Source of the DNA: Octopus vulgaris
Taxonomy: Eukaryota
DNA: 64,000 nt
Reading direction: 5' to 3'
NCBI GenBank assembly: GCA_951406725.2
Contig: OX597814.1
Span: 180,854,001 to 180,918,000 of the forward strand
A program made the translations under genes and the position numbers. Under the pieces are notes generated by a model. It was given only the letters and a program-made list of their open reading frames with translations. It was not told where the DNA came from and ran no database searches. Shown one piece after another: positions 54,601 through 64,000 of this stretch; position 1 is the stretch's first letter; the number at the start of each line of letters is the position of its first letter.

Positions 54601-56295
54601 GATGTCAACTTTGGCTTTGATCATTTTATCAGTCAGTTATAGTTTAATCAACTGTTCTGCCACCAAAAAGGACAAAAATATGTGGCTTTGTGCGTATATG
54701 AAAATGTCATTGTTTTTCTTTCCTTCTTTTGATTTAACTTAATAATTTGATTATTCTTCTATTTTTGTCATTTTTTTTTTCTTACTGTAATTCATTTTAA
54801 AAATGAAAGTAGAAATTGTTGTCTTGGAAAAAGGGGAAGTAATAAACAAATTCTGTAATCAAATTCTTTATAATTACTTCTACTGATGACTGGCAAATTA
54901 CATAATTTGTTTTTATTATCACAAATAAAATACTGATTAACAAACCTGATATATACAAATTTTCTATCTGAATAGGTTATCATAAATTTAAACAATGACA
55001 TTAACAGCTAGAGATAGTCTGACAAGTTTATCAAAGAATATATCAAGGAGCAGTATGATAAACTGAGTATGTGCAATCAATAGATTCTATTGAATTGTTG
55101 TAAAGTTCATAGATTCACTGTTGGACTTGGCAAAGTATTAATACTGTGTTTCTAAATATATTGATTGGTTTCGCCAACTCTGTTTTCAAATAATGTGTTT
55201 GTGTTAATGAAACTGTCCAGTTCCACATTAAAAAGGAATAAGTTTTCGTTAATTTACAGTATGCTTTTTATTTAAATCCAACGGTAAAAATAATCTTGTC
55301 CATCATATGGTATGTCCTTTTTAATGCCTTAGTAGCATGGAGAGATTTCATATTCAATATGATGTTTGGTTTCATGCAACACAACAAATTCAGATAAGGC
55401 CTGGCATTTTATAAATTTTCATAAGTACCTTGAAAAATATATTTTTAATTTTTCATTAAATTCAACATGAAAATAAAATAAATTTCTTAACATTAAATTT
55501 GTATAAACTATGATGATGAAGGCTATTAATATTGGAAATCAATTGAGTATCTTATATTGCTTTCTAACTTGTTCATTTAAAAATATTTTTTTATGTATTG
55601 TTTGCAGTTTAATACAGTTCAACAACTTGATATAATAAAATATGATATGATAAAAATTTTCTTCTGACTAAAGATAGTTTCCACACTGCTAGCCCTTAGG
55701 TGAGATAATCAACATGAGTTTTCTGTATTAACAACAATGACACTGATTTGGTTTAGCCTTAAGCTATAATTGTTAACATTCAAGGTCTGTAATCTAATCA
55801 CAAGGCATCATGTTGAATGTAATTATTTGTATTCTTCCTGTATTGGAAATTACTACCTAAACACTGCAGATGTATCTAACTTTTAATTTCATCTCTGTTG
55901 CTATTGTTGAACAGGGTGTATGTTTATTTAGAAAAGAAAATGTAATTATACATTCATATGTCTTTTCATAATCACAAAACATATTCTTTTCTGAGAAGCA
56001 TTCAAAAGAGAAGACAAAACAAATTTTACACAGAAATAAGTTACTCTTTTGATATCAAAGTAAAATTATTAGCTGAATCTAACAGATTATCTTCAGAACT
56101 ATTTCCTTGATACGATATTCCTAAATAGTTTAGATATGTTATTATTGATAACCTATCCTTGGTTTATTCATTATATTGACTGATAATGTCCAACCTCTGT
56201 GTACTTTTCTGTATATCTATCATTCATCACACTGGCATTGGTTTCACATATATGTGTGTGTGTACATATATATATATTTGCATCTGTGTATGTAG

Positions 56296-56345
<50 letters not shown>

Positions 56346-56717
56346 ATTTGTATATATGTGTGTATGTACTAGTATATGTGTATACATGTGTGTGCATATG
56401 CCTTGTCTTCAATCCTCAACTTCTGGTGGTGCCATATAGGAGTGGTTGTAATATATGGTTTACTTTGGGTATTCTTTGATCTGGAGGAACCCATCTTCTC
56501 CAAGTCAAACAATAGCCATTTTCTTCCAGAAAGAGAAACAGGCAGTCAGAAAAAAAATGGAAAAGAAAAAGAATCAGCACCAGTATAGTAGTATGCCATT
56601 GACCCTGAAATGGTGAAAGGCATAGTTGACCTTGGCAGTATTTGAACTCAGCACACAGAGAGGCAGAATGATCACTACAAAGCAATTTAACAACTCATTC
56701 AATTCACTGCTGCATGC

Positions 56718-56755
<38 letters not shown>

Positions 56756-57969
56756 TTATATTTCGATGTATGATCATCCACTTCTATTTACTGGAAGGTT
56801 TACTCATTGAATTAGCATGCAAAATGGCTGAGTATTCCACAGACACTTATGCTCTTCATGTAATTCTCAAGTAAAGTCATTGTCACAGTATCATTAGACT
56901 GAACTTTCAAATAACAGGTACAGTCCATCCAACAATCTTCTATGCAGTTACCCCTCTACCAAAGTTCACTCACAAGGTTTGTGTCAACCCAATGGTATGG
57001 TAAAGGCACTAGGCCAACTTAAACACAGTGGGATTGAACTTGAAACCCCATTGTTGCCACTGAGTTGTATGTTGAATAAGTATTTTTACCAAAGTCTCTG
57101 GTTGACCTAAACTTTGTGAGTGAAATTGGGTTGATAGAAACTGTAGAACCACATGGAATGGACCATACCTATACTTCTAAGGTCTAACCTTATCCTGCTA
57201 ATTTTATTTGAAAATTACAATCGATACATGCATATAAAGTATTCAGCTGTTTCATATGTTCAGTCAATCAATCACCTGAAAAATCATGCAACAAAATTTA
57301 CAGGTGTGTCCATATGTGTATGTATATATAACTATATGCATTTATGTATGTGTGTGTGCATATGAGTTTATTATATGCTCCTGCTTTGATTCACAGTAAT
57401 GTAATGCATTTACTTGTGCCATCAAAACAGAGTACATTGATGTATATACCACTAAAGTAACACATTAGAATCTGAAACTGATTTCTGGAAGTAGTGGACA
57501 TAGAGCAATGATTTGATACTTATTCCTCTAGGACCATTTAGTGTTCATAAAAGTATAAAAGGAATATATCCAGCAGAAATTAGGAGAATCAGATCTTTAT
57601 CAAATTTCTTTATTTGTTGTATGATTATTCTCTAGAAATTAGATAAAGTTACTTAGATTGTTGGCTTAACAACTCATATCTGGTAATATTTTTTAGCATT
57701 ATAGTAAGATTAAGTTAAATTCCAACAATTTTTTATGTAATTCATTAATTAACCTTCCATCACAAGACTTGACAAAAATGATGCATTATAAGCCAGATTC
57801 TCATACTGAAGTTTCATACCATTGAATCATTACAGTTGAACCCTGATTTTTACTAGTGATACCATAGAACAAATGTATAATATTATCTTTTAAACTTAAG
57901 CATCATCAGTAGGAATAATTAGCATTAAGATTGCCCTGTAATAGAGTGAGATTTGAGTGTTGTTTTTAC

Positions 57970-58410
57970 ATCATCATCATCATCGTTTAATGTCTGCTTT
58001 CCATGCTGGCATGGGTTGGACAGTTTGACTGAGGACTGGCGGGCAAGCCAGATGGCTGCACCAGGCACCAATCTGATCTGGCAGAGTTTCTGCAGCTGAA
58101 TGCCCTTCCTAACACCAACTACTCTGAGAGTGTAGTGCGTGCTTTTACATGCCACCAGCACAAGGGCCAGTCAGATGGTACTGGTGACGGCCATGCTCAA
58201 ATGGTGTTTTTTATGTGCCACCTGCACAGGAGCCAGTCCAGCAGCACTAGCAACAACCTCGCTCAAATGTTGTTTACTATGTGCCACCGGCACAAGTGCC
58301 AGTAATGTGATGCTGGTAATGATCATGCTAGAATGGTGCTTTTTATGTGCCTCTGGCACAGGAGCCAGTCAGCAGCCCTGGCAACGATCGTGCTCAGATG
58401 GTGCTTGTGC
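57970..58410 (-). mobile_element. SINE with (GAT)n tail and internal tandem units of about 65 bp
   Basis: Tail catcatcatcgtttaatgtc...ccatgctggcatgggttgga, then gcttttatgtgccac.ggcacaggagccagtc repeated about four times. Confidence 0.75.
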
Positions 58411-60021
58411 TTGGTTATTTAAAGAAAAAGAATTCGTAACATTAGAAATGAAATGATATGCATATGATACTATTAGTGCAGATATAGCTTTGTGGTTAAG
58501 ATCACTTCCCAACCATGTAATTGTGGGTTCAATTCTACTGTGTGGCACTTTGGGTGAATGTTTCACATCATAGCTCCAGGCTGACAAAAGCCTTGTTAGA
58601 GGATTTGGTCGAGGGAAACTGAAAGAAGCTTATTGTGTGTATGTGTGTTGCTTTATCTTGAGACAGCACATTGGTTGTAAATAAATTCAACCATCATACA
58701 AGCAGTGTCATTTGTTTGCTATCTCCTATAAAATCATGTCCAGCCATTGCATTGTTCATATTGAAAGGACTATTGGAAATATTACTTTACTTAGAAACAG
58801 GTGAGGACTGGCAACAAAGTGGCCATCCAGACAGAAAATCTGTCTCAACAAATTTCATCTAATCTGTGCAAACATGGAAAAGTGAATATTGAGGTAATAA
58901 TAATAATGATGATGATTATTTGAAAAATGTACTAAATTTGAAGAAATTAATCAAATGATTAAGATAATCTCATAAAATATATTCACTCCAAGGGCACAAT
59001 TGACAAAAGGTGTATTTATATCTCAGTTTTATTTACTGTTAAGAAATATGCCAAGGACAATCACTGATTATGCACAAGTGTATGAAAATCAATTCAGATC
59101 TTCAAAACAATGCTGTTTGAAAGAAAATGTGCCTGATTGGCTTTCTCACAATTGTAGGGTCACTCATTACTTGGAGAAAACACCAGAATGCTATAATTAT
59201 TGCTCAATTAAAATATGATATAGCTTCATTATTTGTGCCTATATCAAAATCATACCTTTACAGCTCAGATTGTCGTAATGTTAAAAGATATCAGAAAATG
59301 TGATTCCTTTTTTGAGTCAAAAATGAATATTTTAAATGCTGCAGATATGGAAAATACTAGTCAACAGATCATGCTGACAATCAAGTGCATGTTTAAATTT
59401 TGAAACCTATGAATATCTTAATAAGTCTACACATCTTGTCATATATATGAATTAAGTATGTGTGTGTGTACAGAGATATGTATAGATATGTATAAATGCA
59501 TGTGTTTATATACATACATACATATACCCATGTATATGCATGTTTATGTTTATACACACACACACACATACAATCATCATTTTAAAGTCTGTTTTTCCAG
59601 GCTTGCATGAATCAGGCAAAATTTGTTGAGGCAAGTTTTCAATGGTTGACTGTCCTTCCTGTCACCAACCCTCACCTATTTCCAAGTAAGGTCATGTTCC
59701 CTTTCAGTTGGAAATAGATGACAGTGCTTGTATAACTGTGGCACTTGCTTACAACCATTATGTTATGCCAAGACGTGGAATCACAAATTTACATGTGTAC
59801 ATGCACACACACACACACACACACACACAACACAATCAGATTCAACTATCAAGTATGAATCAGAAAGTGTTATAGGGAATACCCTCAGCTTAGAGTTAGT
59901 GGATGTGGGTGACCAGGTAGGTAGATCATTTCCTTATAATATTTGAGAAATGAACTCAGATGTGCAAGAAACAGCACTTAAATTTGATTGTTGCACTAAT
60001 GTAGATACTAGCAGAGTGAGT

Positions 60022-60620
60022 TCATGTAGTAATAACGCTACATTTAAAAACAACATAATAGTATAAGCAGTTGTCCCTCAAAGGGCAATTAATAGGTACT
60101 CTGAAATTACACATCTTTTTATGATGGGTTATGGGTGGTACATTATGAGCTTCAAAGTCCATATATTTAGCATGATTGTTAGTTCTATGATTAGAATTAT
60201 GAGTATTAGCATAATCTTTATTAGGATGAAAATAGTTGGCATGGTTAGAATAATACATATTATAATTATTGTTATTAGTCATACCCAAATTTTTATAGCT
60301 GGCATTAATGGTATTCATGCCACTATCATTAATAGTAGTTTTAATCACAGTATAGATGTTGTTAAAGTTAATAGTAGGCTTTACATCCTCCATTATATTT
60401 GAACATTCAGTTATGACTCCATTAGGGGTGTTATGCCCAGTGAAATAGTGGTGATCTATATTTGCTAAAAAAATAGTTATTGGGAGTTAATGTTGTTATT
60501 GTAATGCTATGGGAGTGATATTTGCACATCATCAGAGATGTCATGGCAGGAATTAACAGGGCCTTTTTTTTGAGATTTGATCTTATATGGATTCAAAGCT
60601 GTGATGATGGATCCCGGGTT
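60022..60620 (-). mobile_element. Decayed Penelope-like fragment
   Basis: KMCNFRVPINCPLRDNCLYYYVVFKCSV matches the CNCR...CPL.G.CL...VVY.C.V linker that precedes GIY-YIG in such elements. An Asn-rich insert lies upstream. Confidence 0.7.
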
Positions 60621-61450
60621 AGTTGTGGTGGAATAGGAGAGTTTATAATGGATTCATTAAAAATGGAGTGATACTTACATTGGTGTGGTGAGTTGGATTT
60701 GAGTATGTTGAAGAGTTTAGAGGGAGATTAAACTAGTGCTACAATATCACTAGACCTCATAACATAATGAATGTGAATATGGCACCTATCATTGCTTATC
60801 TGAAACAGCTGTAAAGATAAGACTTGATTACACCTTTCATGTATTTGTATATGCAGCATTCCATGTAGATACACTTCTTTTGCCTACTTTTGTTTATTTG
60901 TTTTTTCTGCTTATATGTGTGTCATCATATAACATCCACCTTCCATGGTAGCATGAGTGTATGTGTGTGTATATACATGTATGTACATACATATATATAT
61001 GTGTGTGTATGGGTAGATACATAGACAGAACAGACAATAAAAAGCTGATCAAAAGATTGACTAAATGCAAAATATGTAAATGATGTTGGTATATAAGGTG
61101 TATATTGAAGGATAGTCATTAAAAAATGTTTTAATGGGGACAAATGTGTATATAACATATATATATATCACCAGAAAATTGCACAGAAAAATGTACATTA
61201 TTTGTGAGTGAATTGGTCGATGGAAACTAAAAGAAGCTTGTCATATATGTGTATCTGTGTGTCTTTGTGTTTTATCTTTGTCCTACCACCACTGCTTGAC
61301 AACTGGTGCTGCTGTGTTTGTTTCCATAACTTGGCAGTTCAGCAAAAGAGACAAGGACTGGGGTCAATTAGTTCAACTAAAAATCCTTCAAGGCAGTGCC
61401 CCAACATGGCTACAGTCTAATGACTGAAACAAGTAAAAGATAATAGATAT

Positions 61451-61811
61451 GGTTGACAGTAACAATCAGAACACAGCAACCAACATCATGTATGTGTGTA
61501 TATTTATCCAACCCATGCTAGCATGGAAAACGGACGCTAAATGATGATGATGATGATGATGATGATCTATCTTTCTATCAATCTATGTGTGTATATACAC
61601 ACACACACAAATCTATATGTACATATCTACATATCATATCATCATCATCAACGGACGCTAAACGATGATGATGATATGATATGTAGATATGTACATATAG
61701 ATTTGTGTGTGTGTGTATACACACATAGATTGATAGAAAGATAGATGTATGTAAATAAATATACACACATACATGATGTTGGTTGCTGTGTTCTGATTGT
61801 TACTGTTAACC
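61451..61811. repeat. Nested inverted repeat
   Basis: Outer arms 61451-61507 and 61755-61811; inner arms 61565-61649 and 61664-61746. Confidence 0.92.
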
Positions 61812-62385
61812 AAGATCTTACTATTTTCTAGGCTGACCTCTATCCCATATATTCCTGATACTTTTTCCAGTTTGGTGATGAGCTCCTGGAGTTTTGCTTC
61901 ATTGCTCCCTAAGAGCAAAGTCCAAGTAGGAGATGGGTTGTCTTCCAATGGAGGCACAGAGTCTTGGAATGTCTCCTGCATGATGTTCTCCAGGAAGATG
62001 TTGACATCCATGTCAAACACCCACTGTGGTCCTGAAGAATTCTCCAGTGTTGTTCAGAAGAACTGCACTGCTTGAGTTTTCACACATTGCTCAGATTACT
62101 TTGATGAGGTTGCTGTCAAAGTTGTAATTCTTCATCACCTGCAACAACCCATCATACTAAATATGATCAAATGACTTTTTAAAGTCAAAGTTGTGACAGA
62201 AGTCAGATTAGTGCTGCAGATGTTTTTCAGTGAGCAGTCTGCTGTTAAATATCTACTCCACAGTACTTTTTTTGGGGCCCGAATCCAGCCTGTTCTACAA
62301 GGATTTCTTCTGCCTTCCTCTTAAGTCTGTTTAGCAGAACTCTTGACAATACTTAGATTGGGTGACTACTTAAGCTGGCTTTCCT
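61770..62385 (-). mobile_element. RTE-like LINE RT fragment
   Basis: NIFLENIMQE...LQELITKLEKVSGIYGIEVSLENSKILVN, with upstream DFKKSFD and QAGF remnants. Confidence 0.8.
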
Positions 62386-62869
62386 ATATTTGAACAACAG
62401 GAATATATTAAATTACATGTAATATGAATTCCTTACATAATGTAATAATGCCTACTTCTAGTGAGCATCGACCTAATGCTTGGTGGCAATTTGTGCCAAC
62501 ACTAAATGAGGCTATATATGTGCTTTACTTGTTTTTGTATATATGAATGTGTTACATATGCTATGGTTAAGGTGGACAATTGCTGTGCTGCTGATGTCTT
62601 ACAAGGCAGAACATGTCTTGAGCTGTCCTTTGCAGAACATGTCTTGAGCTGTCCTTTTCACACAATCAGACTGTTATTTAAAAGCATATCAGTTTTGGAG
62701 GATCTTAAGATTACCTCCCCTTCTCACTCAGAGTTGTTAACAATTGACACTAAATTATTAGTCAACCATCTCTGAAAACAGTGACAGTTGCAATAAATCA
62801 AAAATTCACCTTGTATATTATTTAATATACAGTTTATTCATCTTCATTATATACAAACATGTATGTGTG

Positions 62870-62902
<33 letters not shown>

Positions 62903-63589
62903 TTATGTACATGCATGTGTGTGTGAATGTATATATGTTATGTCTCTATATGTTACAATGTGTGCATGTATGTATCTGTTATCTATGTATGGTAAGCTAC
63001 TACTACAATCAGTCACACCATCAATTATAGTTAGGTTATAACTGGTGACATTCATTGATTTTTCTTTTAATCATCCACTAATTCTGAACTTCCAAATTCC
63101 CCAGAAATAAAAATGAAAACTTCTTACTTACGAAGTAAGGGCTGATAGTAGGAAGAACCTCTGATTCTAAATACTCTCCCTCAATTTTTTCCTGTTTAAA
63201 TAAAAACAATATCTAAAATACATATAAACAAAAATATTGGTATGTATAAACACTCACACATATATAAAAAAAAGTGTGTATTAACAAAATATGTTTATAT
63301 TTAATTGTGTGTGTGTGCATGTAAATATATAGTGCTTGTGTATATAAACTGTTCTTTACGGATATGAAATATATACCTTAAATGTTCCACTTAAATTGTT
63401 GCAAGTCAACATCTTTGGCAAGATATGAGCAGACAGGATATTCCAAAAGGCTGATATGCTGAGGAGGGAGGACTGGGCAATTTTAGTATGTATATAAAAG
63501 GAGAAAGATGGAAATACAAGTGAGTTGGTGGTCACTGAGTGGTGGGGCTACAAAACAAGTTAGCACCAGGCTATAATAGTAATATGAGA

Positions 63590-64000
63590 AAAAAACAGAG
63601 AGGGGATAGAGCGGGTCTGCAGCTAGGAGTGTGCCCATTACTACTTGAATGCCAATTAATTAAGTAGTCCTTCTCTGGATGCAGTCCAGTATGTTTGTGC
63701 ATATAACACCAGCACCATCCCAAATGTGGATGCAAACTCCCTTTTGTGCCTCACTTGAACCTTCTAGTGTCAGCAGTTGTTGGGCGATGAAATATCTTAC
63801 TCTGAAGAGAGGGACGCAATTCTAGATATGTTAAGAGAGTGCTTTTACCAGGACAGTGATAATGGTAATGAAGTCCTGCAGTTTGAGGGCTGTAATTGAG
63901 TGCTGCACATTAACAGTGTCTTGGTGGAAATTTTGGTGAATCATGGAAATTTTGTTGATGTCTAGAGCAACAAAATTACTTTTGCCAAAACGTTGTTGAG
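63590..64000 (-). mobile_element. CR1/Jockey-like LINE C-terminal fragment
   Basis: Manual translation CIHIWDGAGVICTNILDCIQRRTT*LIG resembles YC..IW.G......LD.IQRRA.RLIG. Confidence 0.65.

Noticed and set aside
58130-58410. CRISPR-like repeat-spacer array
   Set aside because: Eukaryotic context, the units are homologous along their whole length, and they lie inside a SINE.

Overview
AT-rich, microsatellite-dense eukaryotic DNA. The SINE families, TTAGGG repeats and a mollusc-type calcineurin N-terminus point to an octopus or other cephalopod; this is my inference from recall, not a search result. Nearly all ORFs in the supplied track are microsatellite or transposon artefacts. The only host gene I can support is the first coding exon of calcineurin A (48319-48367, +, MTTTDCKMSTTDRVIK then GTAAGT). 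A putative promoter and long 5' leader precede it, and a CpG-depleted intron 1 appears to run to the window end. The first 47 kb is a mosaic of mobile elements: tRNA-derived SINEs (several with TSDs), mariner and pogo remnants, a non-autonomous Helitron, RTE, R4/Dong and Tx1 LINE fragments, and Penelope-like GIY-YIG remnants. The most notable observations are four. (i) A family of GGATCTTTTC-ended long-TIR elements with 8-bp TSDs (Merlin-like), one carrying a telomere-like TTAGGG array. (ii) Several hammerhead-ribozyme motifs linked to Penelope-like and short non-coding repeats. (iii) A CpG-decay boundary inside the calcineurin gene. (iv) A nested palindrome in its intron. All coordinates and alignments were read by eye.
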